NCBI GenBank assembly: GCA_004431415.1
Contig: QPMI01000204.1
Location: 91,166 to 155,165 of the forward strand
Direction: 5' to 3'
Source of the DNA: Cyanophora paradoxa CCMP329
Taxonomy: Eukaryota; Plantae; Glaucophyta
Length of the DNA: 64,000 nucleotides
Positions 1 to 11,940 of the stretch are shown in pieces. Numbering within the stretch: the first letter of the stretch is position 1; every line of letters starts with the position of its first letter. Position numbers and translations under genes: made by a program. Under the pieces are notes generated by a model. That model worked only from the letters and a program-made list of their open reading frames with translations. It was not told the origin of the DNA and ran no database searches.

Positions 1-281
1 TGTTACCAATATGCATTCGTGGGGCCGCAGGCCTCACCCATACTGGAAAAGAAGAGTATAATATTAATTAATGTCATGCATGGCCAGCTAGAATCAGCGC
101 CAGCTAAATTAAGACAAGGTCAGTAAACGGCGAATTCGAACCAGCTAGCTATATATAGATGTGACGGCGCAAACGGCACTAACCTGCAGAGTTTACGCAG
201 AGTAATTAGCGAATGATCATATGCATGATCTCCGGATTCATTTTGCTGTTTGGAGACTCTGAGATGGAATATTTGACCTTC

Positions 282-789
282 GGGCCTGTTCCCAATGCAA
301 AGAATGATTCAAATTTGTGCAGCATCATTGAGAGAATTTGTGCGGCTTTGATTTGGATTTGCGGCTGTGATTTGGATGAGACTCTGAGACTTCGATTTGG
401 ATTTCGGGAGTTTTTGATTTCGATCGCAGTTCCGCGACCATCACGGATCGTGACGGCCACAGTTCCAGCGCCGCCCCCTTTCTGACGCAGTGCGATGCGG
501 CTCCACCTTCTGCGCCCCTCGCGGGAGCGGGGGAGGCTGTATTCCTCTCCCTTAGCGGCCCTCATTCGGTGGCGAACAGGCGAGCCCTCCGGCAAGGCCC
601 GCACGCCTAGTCCTGTAGAGCATACGGAAGGCTTAGACTTCGATTTCGACCCCTCGGTTTCGATTTCGATTTCGATCTCGAGGCCGAGTTGCCTATCAGA
701 GAGAGCCCGTATGATTGCTCAGCGTATACTGCTAGCCCGAACAGCTACAGGGCTAGTCCAGATAACGCGTGATGTATATCTGAAATGCA
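282..789 (+). repeat. Dispersed repeat family A, copy 1 (core about 385-789)
   Basis: Near-identical to 3003-3402, 43380-43834, 46089-46463 and others. Ends in hairpin CTAGCCC-N11-GGGCTAG, then CAGATA..TATCTGAAATGCA. Module 282-360 is shared with 29297-29376. Confidence 0.9.
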
Positions 790-827
790 GAGTTTACGCC
801 TGGCCACTTCTGAATTTTCAACAGTTC

Positions 828-1834
828 TCAATCAGAATGATTCCAGTTGTCTATCAAACGCGCCTTGCCTATCCTCACAGCTAGGCTGAGCAAAAATGAT
901 GCAGGAAGAGGTCCATCGATCTCCGCAAGTGTCTCGCGGTTCGCGAGACTTACGTAGACCACTTGTGCAAGGGGTTCGCCAGCAAGCACGGTTTCCACGG
1001 CTCGCCGAATCTGATTGCTGTCACGCTCGCCATTCTTGTACAAGCTCTGGGCCGCCTGCAGGCTTTTATAAAGCACGGTGGCAGAAGCACGCTCGGGGGC
1101 TGTCAGGTAGGCGTTCCTTGAGCTCAGCGCTGTGCGCGCACGCATGTCAGCCGAGGAAAACACTCGCATCCGAGGCAGGCTGGATGAACCAAGGCCATCG
1201 GGCTCGCGGACGATCGGCATGACGGCGACGTGAAGGTCCATGTGCAGGTCCCGCACCATACGCTCGATAACAATCGCCTGCTGGGCGTCCTTCTGGCCGA
1301 ACAAGGCGACCGTGGGCTGCACGACGTTGAAGAGCTTGCATACGACAGTCGCAACGCCGCGGAAAAAGCCCGCCCGCCCGCCGCGCGACGGGTCCCCCTC
1401 GAGAAGATCGGAGCAATTTTCAACCTTGACGTATGTGCTGAAACCCGGAGGATATAGCTCGTCCGCGCTGGGGTGGAACACGGCATCGACACCGCCTTCC
1501 GCGTCGAGCAGCTGCAAGTCGCGCTGCAGATCGCGCGGGTACGTAGCGAGGTCCTCGTGCGGGGCGAACTGTGCAAATCTTCATCAGGCGCCACGTGCGC
1601 GCTTTGCAATGCGGCGCGCGGGGCCGGCTCGCGTACCTGCTTCGGGTTCACGAAGATCGAGACCACCACGCGCCTGCATCTCCGCTTCGCTTCCTGCACA
1701 AGGCTGATGTGCCCCGCGTGCAGGAAACCCATCGTCGGGACGAATCCAATTGAGAATCCGGCGCCGTCCTGTGTCTGCCACGCACGCCGTGCCTCCCGCA
1801 TCGCCTGTACCGTCTCTATTACCGATGGGGGCAT
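828..1834 (-). CDS. panC: Pantoate--beta-alanine ligase (pantothenate synthetase), 2 GT-AG introns
   Basis: Motifs [56 protein letters not shown] and RLIDN. Introns at about 1569-1636 and about 1130-1189. Confidence 0.95.
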
Positions 1835-1956
1835 TGGTTGATGTGGTGCTTGATTAGCTCGAGCTCGAGCTCAGTCCGAGCGGTAGCGTTTGGCTAGCGC
1901 TCGCGCTTTGAGCTCAACAGAAACTGATCCGATCCCGTCCGCACTGCGAGTCTGCG

Positions 1957-2040
1957 ACTTGGAGTCACTTAAGCTTGTGTTTTCCTCTAGCTTGAAGCGC
2001 GTACTACGCCGCGTAGTCGCTCAGGGGTATATATGCCAGT
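1957..2040 (-). pseudogene. Short degenerate relic of the TAF1A-like gene 3' region
   Basis: gacttggagtcactt..gtgttt..cctct..tgaagcgc..tagtcgctca.gggt matches 12191-12250, with several small palindromic insertions. Confidence 0.6.
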
Positions 2041-2928
2041 TGGCACACACAGCAAAAATCCGCCGTGGTAAAGCAGCAAAGCGCCCCGCTGAGCAAGCAA
2101 GGGACCCGGGAGAGGATGAAATAGGTGCGGCTGCGCATGCCAAGGCGTGAGAGGAATGCCCCAAGGCATGGCGGGAGTGCCTGACCTGTGTCTCCAGGGT
2201 GCTCTTCTTCAAGCTTAAGGAGAACCTCCAGGCGTGCAAGTGTGGTCTTCACGGCATCACTGCATAAAGCATGTAGGGGCATCAGAGACATTGGAAAATA
2301 ATGTTGACAGGGATAAACCGTTGAACCTTCAAAACATCTCAGAGTCTGCCACAGTAGCCTCAGGGCCTTGGGATTGTAGCATAGACACAGTGCAGAGACT
2401 GTGAGGGCTGATCATGAACTTCGGAACTTCGGAAGGCCAAAAATGAGGGCTTAAAAATTGCCAAAATGAGGGCTTATTTCACGAAGCTCAGCGAGCTCAT
2501 GATCAGCAAGCTCAGAGCTGAGCTGAGCTCTCTCTTGAACAAGTCCGATGGTCGACGTCTCCAGCTGCAGTGCGCATGCAGCGTCAAAGCTTTCATGCGC
2601 TGGCCATGGGTGATCCCGTGAGTTTTCTCCCACTTGATCATGTCGTCGCAGCGCATCTGCCATGAGACTCTGAGACTTCGATTTGGATTTCGGGAGTTTC
2701 GATTTCGATCTGACCCGGCAAACCGCGCGCAGTTCCGCGACCCTCACGGATCGCGACCGTCGGACGGCCACAGTTCCAGCGCCGCCCCCTTCTGACGCAG
2801 TGCGCCCGCGCGCGCGTCGCGCGCAGGGTTCTACACGCGCTGCGGCACCTCCCCGCGGCCGCCGCGGTCACCGGGTCGCGTGGGGATCTACACAGCCCCC
2901 CTTCTGGCAGGCCGCCCACTCCCTGTCT

Positions 2929-3402
2929 GCGCTCTTCAGCGAGCAGCACCCATATTGGGGTAACAGTGCGCTCTCTGCGATTTCAATCTGCCATAAGACT
3001 CTTGAGACTTTCGATTTGGATTTCGGGAGTTTTTGATTTCGATCGCAGTTCCGCGACCATCACGGATCGTGACGGCCACAGTTCCAGCGCCGCCCCCTTT
3101 CTGACGCAGTGCGATGCGGCTCCACCTTCTGCGCCCCTCGCGGGAGAGGGGAAGGCTGTATTCCTCTCCCTTAGCGGCCCTCATTCGGTGGCGAACAGGC
3201 GAGCCCTCCGGCAAGGCCCGCACGCCTAGTCCTGTAGAGCATACGGAAGGCTTAGACTTCGATTTCGACCCCTCGGTTTCGATTTCGATCTCGAGGCCGA
3301 GTTGCCTATCAGAGAGAGCCCGTATGATTGCTCAGCGTATACTGCTAGCCCGAACAGCTACTGGGCTAGTCCAGATAACGCGTGATGTATATCTGAAATG
3401 CA
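2929..3402 (+). repeat. Repeat family A, copy 2 (preceded by a partial 5' module at about 2655-2800)
   Basis: Near-identical to copy 1. The 5' extension 2929-3000 is shared with 43282-43380. Confidence 0.9.
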
Positions 3403-3405
3403 AAG

Positions 3406-6400
3406 CTAGCTAGCATGCTTTGCAGAGGGGGGAGGGGGTGGCATCAGGGAGGAGTGCTTTCCGGATGGAATGGGAATTGCCATTGGAGGGCCTGGAGTGC
3501 TTGTGCCAGCTGGTTCCGCAGGGTGCTGCAACGTGGCCAGTGCCTCGGCTGCGTTCAATGTGAATGTAACATCCAAAGACAAATGAAATGTGAGACACCT
3601 GTAAGCGTCCAATTACAGCGACGTCCTTGCCGATAAATCTCATCCAAAGTATCCTCGAACTGGGTTACACCTCCAATTAAGGGAAAGAGAAAACCAGGAA
3701 TGGAGACGATTACAATTGCGCCTACCTCCCCATCAGCACAAAGCTGCTGATACTTACGGTAAAGGGCAAGGGCAGTGCGAGCATCTTCCACGGAGTCGTG
3801 GGAACCAGACTGAATGTCAATGTGAAGGAGAAAGGCCGCAAGGAACTTCAGGGAGATTTTTCGTTGTCTGCGAAGACTGAAGAGCTCAACAGTGTCGATA
3901 ATCTGATCCGGAGGCACAAAAATGTCTGCAGCAAGTCAGGCGTGGAGAAGAGACACAGAGCAAATGGCACAAGAGCACACTGATTGTCCGGAAATCCTTC
4001 TTCAGACCATGGCCGACAAGACGGACGCCACGATCAACCAGGTACCGGAGCTTGACATATGCATCTTTCAAGGCGATGAGGTGGTGTCTAGAACGCGAAG
4101 GGTCCAGGTCCCCAGGATGGAGACCGGAGAAGCGCGTGAGGTAATCAACGACAGGCTCTGTGTTGAGGATGTAATCGTCGATGAGGATCTCTCCCTCTCG
4201 TGCTCCATCTCCTCTCACCACCGATACGCGGGCAAGGCCCATCCTTGACGGTTTGACGACATTGCGAGACCCATCCGCCCTCACCTCCTCCTCCTGCTGC
4301 GAAAGAGCCACAAACTCGCAGTCGATTGCGCAGATCGACCCCTCTCCAGGAATCATCCTTCAGTCCCATTAGTGTGCGCCACTCAAACAGCAGCAACACG
4401 TACCTTTGTGGCACCGACTTGAATGGGCGAGGGATGTTCGGTGGAACCCTGCACAAGGAGTGGGCAAGTTCATTGTTTTGGTTGTAGATTCAGCAAAACA
4501 GACCCTGGTGGTATAGAGTCACGTTCAAATGGCGCAGAGTTCAGTGGGCTGATACGAGGAGGCAGCTGGACAACCTATGCAGGGATCAGCACTGAGACAG
4601 CAAAAAGATATAACGTAGCACACCTGCTCAAGATGGACACGAGTATACAGAAAGAGACAAGGAACGCGCCACGGGCGTGAAAAGCGCACAGCCTCCGAGG
4701 CTGATGCTGCCTGTACAACGAAGTCATTGAAGAGGAACCAATCGCTTGTACGGGTTCGATGAGAGCCGGATGCGCTTTGCTCAACGCTTGACGGCTGCCC
4801 AGCCTCCACATCATCATCACCAGACTCTACGTTTTCAGATGCTTGGCCGAGGACACTTGGATCTGCTGATTGTGCCAAGGAGGCATCTGCAACTGCCCAG
4901 CCCGCTGCATTGATATCGATCTGAGTAAACCCTCTGAAATAATGGAGAGTAATGCAGAGGGCACCGCGGATGTGAGCAATCAAGTGCCCGTCATTGTAGA
5001 AGCGCGGATCAGCGGCGTTAGGGACTGCAGCTGCAACGGGCCCCGAAATGCTGCCAGTACCGCCTGTGCGGGTGCCTTGCCCTGTAGCTGCCGCCATGTC
5101 GTCCAGAATAAGGGACACAACGCCCGTCAACTCATACTCCACAGCCTCCTCTGCATGGGCCGCCCCAACTCCTTCTCCAGCTCCTTCACCAGCCCCGCAA
5201 TCTGGATTGCCGCCCTGCACAGCCTGTAGAGACGAAACCGCAGTAGCCGAAGGGCCAGAGGCAACAGCTTCCATCCCAGGGCGAATCTCGTCCACTGCCA
5301 TCGTGCCGGAAGTCTGCCGCCGGATTCGAATGCTGTGCATGTGTGAGATCGCAGATAACATAGGCATGGCGAAACCTTGATTACCGAAGTGGCAGCCAAG
5401 CGTCTGCTGCGTGATTACAGTCCTCGGCATGCATAGCACCACCACCCTCGCCTTCAGCTGCTGCAGCGGCCGCCATAACGGATGCAGGGGCAGGCCGCAT
5501 CCAAGGAGGCATCGGGCCTGGAGTTGGGCCTTTCGCTGCACAATTCATCGCAAATGCGTTTGGCAAGCTTGTCACCATACGCTGCAGTAGCGGATAACGC
5601 GAGGCTTGAGGCGCAATGGGCCACAACACGCACTGTTACGGACATCCGCTGGTAAGAACCACACTGGTCGCACCAAGCCCTTGATGCATCCGTCTCGACC
5701 TGTGCCACCTCTAACATTGGCACAAGAGGAAGTAAATCAAGGAATCCAAAGCCATGCACATGAAGAGTCGATTCCAAGAGGCGAGCGAAGGAAGTGTTCG
5801 CATCGGATGCGCCCTGAAAATGCTGAGAGATTGAAAAGTGCGGCTCAACGCACATACCTCGATAGCACGGAGCTGGAGATCAATGACGAAGGCACGTGAT
5901 TCACGAATGGTATTGTGTCCCTGCTGTCACAGTGAGATAAGAGCTGCAGAGGCAACAGCTGAGATCACAGGCCTGCGGGCAGCGAGAGCATGTACGCGAT
6001 GAAAAACCCAGTAGTTTGTCGATGACATTTCCCTGTCTTGCTTTGAGTACCAGTGATCGCAAACCAGTGAATGATCTCTCACATGTGGCGATGGGGCAGG
6101 ATCAGGAAGAGCAGGTTGGCCCGCAGCACTCCGGCGGTTCCCCTTCGCAGGCGAGACAGGCGGGGAAGGGGATGGGGAACCATGCGGAGATCCGCGAATT
6201 GTGGGAGCCTGTGCGAAATTAGGCGATATGACTGCATGTCGAATTCAGGAGATGCTGACGAGGGGTTTTGGTAGATGCTGAGTAGAGGGCGGCTGCCCAT
6301 CGAGCTCTTTGGACACGTGCTCGAGGAGGAAGCGGGCCAGAGAATGCAGGCGCCGACCGACTGGCAATGTACCCGGGTTCAATGCTGAAAGAGGCGAGTC

Positions 6401-8928
6401 ACTCGGCTCAAGCAGCCCGAGGCGCGCCACTGTCGAGATGGTGAGTGTTGCATCACACTAGAGATATAATCAGACCTTGCGTAATCTGCTGGAAGCAGCG
6501 CAGGAAGTTCGACGCCTGGCAGTTTGCTCCGTTCGAGCGCTCCATCATGTCTGGATTCGCATCAGCACCGAAAAGTCTGCTCTCACTATATGGAAGGCCG
6601 CACGGAAGAGGAAAGCGAGCTCGCAAGCCAGGCAGATAGGAACCTGCCAGTCAGAAGTCCGTTATCAAAGGCATTCCGAAAGCGAGGCCATGCAGTACGC
6701 GGGGAAGCACATTGCAGAGGTGATTGAGGATGGCAACACGCAGAGGTCGCAAAAAGAAGAGAAGTTGCAGTAATGAGTTGACGAAGGAGTTGGGGAGTGA
6801 ATTTTCCAGGCCACTGAAGCATGTCTTGTTGTAATACCTGTCACCATGGTAAGGCTTCCCTCCCCTATTTTCGAATGGAAATTCGGACCCGAAATCGAAA
6901 TCATCGACACCAAGCTTGTTGAGTTTGATCTCTACGCGGCGGAAGCGCTTCGGCACAGCTTCATGATCTGGGGTGCCCTGAAATCCGCCACTGATGTCAC
7001 AAAGAGATCTAGGCAAAAAGCCATCGTGCAAACTCACGGCCAGGTCGAACGAGGGACGGCGGGACGATGACAGGTGTGCAGGGCGATCATCCTCTGCACC
7101 TGTCTGCGTTGATGGCCGCGAAGCTGCACGAGAGTTGCGCCGAAAAAGTCCCGGGTTTTGAAGGTAGCTGTGCCAATCGTTTGAGGCAGCGAGGTCGAGA
7201 CAACGCACAAGAGCTCGTACCCTACAAACTCGACCTGTTTGACCTGAGCCAAAAGATGCGGAGGAAGTGGAAGACCTCTCCGTGACGGCCGAGTCTCACA
7301 AAGCATGCTTGATGGTAGTTCAGAGAGGTAGGGCCCGCCTAAGGGCACAGGCAAGGGAACGAGAGAAAACGGCCTGGACGGAAACTGATCAGGATGAGCG
7401 ATGGCCATAGTGGAAGCTGATGTACCCGTCCTCGGTGCAAGGTACAAGTGGTGGGGATGGGAAAGCAGGGACGATAGGGGTCTCCGCCGAGTACAGGTTG
7501 AGCTGGAAAGGTGTCAAGCGGGCAAGTCGTGGAATCAAGGGAAACAGTACCGTGGGCTCGTCTCGATCTGCCCACACGTGCAGATACCCGGCACTGTCAG
7601 TGAATCCGAGGACCTGACCAGCAGTGCCAAGCCCCATCGCTGTCAGCTCCTCTCCCATGAGATTGACCTGGCGATCATTCCACAAAGTTGCTCTGCGGAT
7701 AAGAAATATGCATGGTGGTTCAGGGGAAGATACAGACCTGTGAGAACACGGCGTTTGCACCTCCCGCCTAGAGACAGTCAGTGCCGCGGTGGCGCGAGCC
7801 AAAGAATACAAAGAATAAAAAAGAAAGGAAATGACGTACCTGCACATCGCATGTCTGCAGAAGACCGGTCGCTGAGACCGCCAAAAGGGCCGAAGAAAAA
7901 ACGGGGTGGAAAGAAAGGCGGTGGGCGCCAGCAGGGAAGGGAATCCGGTACAGAGTTCGCAGCGTCCGCACGTCCGTTACACGAATGAGGGGATCCGAGA
8001 AGAACTGCTCGCCACTGCTCTAGAGATTCAGCACCGGGCACAGACACGCGGGAAGGAGCCTGTCACCGGAGCGAGAGCCCGCACGTCACGATCAGATTTC
8101 CGCGTACGTCCATGTCCAGCACAGGTCCCGAATGGCCCTCGAGCGTTGCTTCTAGCCGGAGATTCCTGAGAGCGCTTGGATCCGCCTGAACTAATAGTGA
8201 ACATCTGCAGATCGTACCTGGGATCCCGAAGCTGAAGAGCACCAGTGGAGGTGCCGCAGACAATGGCTCGTGTAAGTTTCATCGAGGTGGTTGATATGTC
8301 GACCTCCGTCTGCCCACACGTTAGGTGCAAAAGAATCGGGTTGCCTTGCGAAATGCATGCCTGATTGAGAATGCGGGAGCTATTGAGGTCGAATAGCAGC
8401 AGCTTTCCAAAGTCCCCTCCGAGAGCCAAATGCCACCGGTTCGGGTCCGCAATCGTGAACGCCTGAAGCCCCACACCTTCACCCACACTGAAGCTGGAAG
8501 AAGAAGACAGGCGCAGACAATATGAGGGTCGCGAAGTGCAGCGCAGGGATTGCATTAACAGGCGTATACGTACGTATGTTGAAGGCGCAGAACGCAGCCT
8601 CGATCGTGGTACCGAACCGTGTCCGCGGAAATCGACACTACGCCGCCGGCATCCGGCAGCAAACCGCGTACATCGCTCACATGGGCTTGACATGCGCTAT
8701 ATCGCTCGAGGCCGGGAAAGAGGAAAGATGTAAGCCGCCCCTGCGCGTGCGCGTGAACAAGCCGGTAGGCGCAAGCGCTGCGAAGAGATGTGGGCTGGGG
8801 TCTACCTGCTGGGAGCCACACCAGACGATCTCCTGGCAAGGATCGAATGCCAAAGCCGATATCGAATCCGCACATGCCGGGTGCGAGTACAGCTCGGAGA
8901 AGAGAGGACCGCCCGGGTTCCCCGCCAT
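3406..8928 (-). CDS. PAN2: PAN2 poly(A) deadenylase (WD40 + inactive UCH + DEDDh exonuclease), multi-exon; start approximate
   Basis: WD40 N-terminus (SALAFDPCQEIVWCG, LDMDVRGNLIVTCG); UCH-like YNKTCFSGLENSLPN and WFLFNDF; exonuclease AIDCEFV, LARVSVVRG, DYLTRFSGL, VGHGLKKDFR, HDSVEDA. Confidence 0.95.
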
Positions 8929-9208
8929 CGTTGCCGGAACGTTGGGCTGTGCCGATCCCGACGTGTCGTAACTCGAAGACGCCCGTACGCCAGGGCTCAC
9001 ACGGGCGCTGATCGTGGGGCTGAGCTCATGCAGACACCGGGCGATCCATGCGGGGCGCCTCACCTCTCGCACCCGCGCCCATTCTCCGCTACGTGCTCGA
9101 GCGCGCCTTGAGCTTTGGCGAGCAGCGGACGTGGAAACGAACGGGGAAAAAAAGAAGGGGGGGGGATGGGTTCAGGCGGTAGCTGTCTAGGAACTTTCGG
9201 CTGCGAAG

Positions 9209-10403
9209 ATGGTGCGCACGCCAGGCGCGCAACTGTTAGATCTAGCACCATCAACGCGCCCCGCACACTCCGCGCGCACCCCGCGCACACGCTGACTCGC
9301 TTCACCGCTGCCCTTGCTGTGCAGGTGTTCTATTTCACAACAATAGGTGCGCTCGCGCATCGCCGCTCTCTGTTGAGCCGCCGTCGTGTGCTCGCCACCG
9401 GCGCCGCGCCCGCCGCTCGATCCTCACGCGCTGCCCGGGCGACCTGTCTGCAGACCCGCAGTACACCATCTACATGGGAAAAGATAAATACGAGAACGAA
9501 GAACTCATCAGACACGGGTGGCCGGAGGACATCTGGTGCTCACTGCGAGGTTTTGACTGAGCGCCCGCCGCTGACTCGAAGACAGGTTTCACGTTGACAA
9601 GATGTCGTCTGCGCACGTGTATATACGTATGCCGAAGGGAAAGACTATTAACGATGTTCCACCGGAGGTCATAGAAGATTGCGCCCAGCTGGTGAAGCAG
9701 AACTCCATTCAGGGTGAGGATCGATATCTCGAGTGGTTGGCCTGTTCAGTATAAAACCCTAAACGATTTCGAAGGATGCAAGGAGAATAACGTTTCCATC
9801 GTGTATACCCCGTGGAGCAACCTGAAGAAGACGGGGGGCATGGATGTGGGGCAAGTTGGCTTTCACAGTGACAAACTGGTGCCAAGCACAGGTGGGGTCG
9901 TCGAGGTCACTCCGCTGACGGGACCGATTGCAGGTCAAGACAGTCAAGGTTGAGAAGAAGAAGGCAGAGATAGTCAACCGGCTGGAAAAGACTCGCGTTG
10001 AACGAGAGCCCGATCTTGCAGGTGCCTCCCCATGAGACCGTAGTACTTTGATGTACGTGTTGGTCTAAGTCCGCTTGTAGCGGAGCGTGAAGCTCGCGAT
10101 CGGGCTGAGCGAGCCGAGAAGAAGGAAGCAATGCGGCAAAAAGTCTGTGGCCAGTTCGTCCCATTCGTTGTCGTGTTCTGAAGTCGTGCTGCAGCAAAAA
10201 GAGGATCTGGAGCTAGCTGCAGAACGCAGGAAACTTGCTGAGCAGAAAGAGTACAGTGCGTTCCCTTCCGCTTCTTACGGATGATTATCTGACCTGGTTT
10301 TTATTGCCCAGCTTTCCTGAAAGAGGACAAGATGCACACGAATAAGGAGAAGGAGGCCAAATCAATTGAGGATGTACGTGCGATTGAGGAAGACTTTATG
10401 TGA
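9209..10403 (+). CDS. CCDC25: CCDC25/Jlp2-family (NFACT-R-like) protein; first coding exon is ATG only
   Basis: Spliced translation [77 protein letters not shown]. Confidence 0.93.
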
Positions 10404-10494
10404 GCATTTGAACACGAACCGAATCACGAGGTCCGGGTTATTCGATTTTCAAGAAGGGTGGGATGCATTTGCAGAGGCGACATATGGACCAGCT

Positions 10495-10720
10495 GCGTTC
10501 AGGAGTAGACACGTGATGCACGCCAGCAGCTAGCTAGCTGCGTCTGTGAACTACGCCTGTCTGGGCTACACATAGGAGGGTGCGGCCCTCGCCGTTGCCG
10601 GCCCGGCCGTTCCCCACCAAAACCCGTAAGGGGAGTAACGCTCCACCCCCGCACAGCCTAGGCCGTCTGCGTGTCGTGTGCAGCATCATGTCGTCGTTCT
10701 TGGGCGGTGGGAGTTCCTGC
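10495..10720 (-). repeat. Repeat family B copy
   Basis: Reverse complement of 43935-44162. Also matches 14503-14615 and 42399-42570. Confidence 0.85.
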
Positions 10721-10839
10721 AGGCCCGGCGGGGCCGGGACCCATCGGTAGCCTGCGTGGGCATCATGATCATACCTGCGTTTTAAGCGATGCAGCTGGCA
10801 CGTAGCTCTGGCATGACTTCGCAAAACTAAACCACCATT

Positions 10840-11607
10840 ACTGCTTAATTGTGCACCAGACCAGAGCTGCACTGAATAATTTAGTGCGATCGATAAGCAA
10901 GCCCCTCTGCTAGAAAATTACTGGACAGTGATTTCTCACCGGCGAGTCAGCTTTCTGCAGAATGTAGAGCGAGTTGGGATGTTCCAGCTGACACTCGAGT
11001 CCAGGATCACATAAAACGGATGCATCCAGCGCCCGGACGATGCGAAACTCATAGGCCTGTAGCCGCTCAGATTGGGGGGCGATGGTATCTCTTTCGGAAA
11101 AACCTTCGCAAGCTGCAGATGCAGGACGTCGACTGCAGGGTTGATCTTTCCGATGCATGTCAGCCATGAAACCCAATCTGATCAGTCTATCAGCACGGAG
11201 TAAATAGCAGTTCGTACTAATGCCCGCGAGGACCTGTCAGGCGCAAGCGTGCTGGTTGCCAGCGAAAACCGCAGGCACGCGCGTGGATCTCCACGTCCGC
11301 AGGGCGCAAGGTAGCGGAGAAATGACACAGATCGCATCTGCGCCCAGAATCTCGCAAAGCCCGCACACCTCCAACTGCAGCAAAGAATGAAAACGCGCGC
11401 GCACAGATGCTCGCACGTGGCCGAGTCGAGGTCGACCCCGTCGTCCTGTGCGCGATTCGTATAGAACTCCAATTGGAAAGAGAGAAAAGAGAATAAAGCG
11501 GACACATCGGCAATCTCGCAGCAAGGCTTGCGCGGCTGGATTTCCAGCTCGATCGGTGCTTGAGCTTGCGCTCGCGCGGCGCCAAGCATGCGTAAACGCA
11601 GATGCAT
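10840..11607 (-). CDS. Possible small multi-exon hypothetical protein
   Basis: ORF pieces separated by GT..AG intron-like segments. No recognisable motif; ends uncertain. Confidence 0.35.
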
Positions 11608-11723
11608 GTCGCAGCGACACGTGACGTCGACCGGCTCGACCTCGAGCTCGGCCCGGCCCGTCCCTTTCGAAATTCGAATTTTCGCACGGGTACTTAATTG
11701 TCAATTGCAGCTTTTAATGAATG

Positions 11724-11790
11724 CCCGACTCGGCGAGCCCGACTCGGCGAGTGCGTTTAGAGAGGTCTCGAAATCCAAATCAAAGCTCGC
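11724..11790. repeat. Short module C (GTGCGTTTAGAGGTCTCGAAATCCAAATCAAAGC)
   Basis: Also present twice in tandem at about 24429-24503 and as the reverse complement twice at about 29360-29447, where it lies next to A fragments. Confidence 0.75.
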
Positions 11791-11940
11791 CGAGGAGTTC
11801 AATTGCTACTCAGCGAGAAGGCGACAGCAATGCTTAAGACGGCAGCTACAACAGCCAAGAGGGCAAGCTGGCCTGGGCTCCACTCTCTGTCTCGTTTCCC
11901 CTGCTGGTCCACCCTCCCTGAAGAGGGCTCCTGTGACAGA

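Noticed and set aside
525-625. Possible HDV-like or hammerhead ribozyme, or tRNA-derived SINE head, in repeat A
   Set aside because: GGCGAA resembles HDV J4/2, but P2/P3 pairings could not be built. I found no CTGATGA..GAAA core and no proper A/B box pair.
495-884. Recurring ORFs 'MRLHLLRPSRERGRLYSS..' and 'MRALPEGSPVRHR..' in A copies
   Set aside because: They are translations of the non-coding repeat. Frames break differently in each copy and show no transposase or RT motif.
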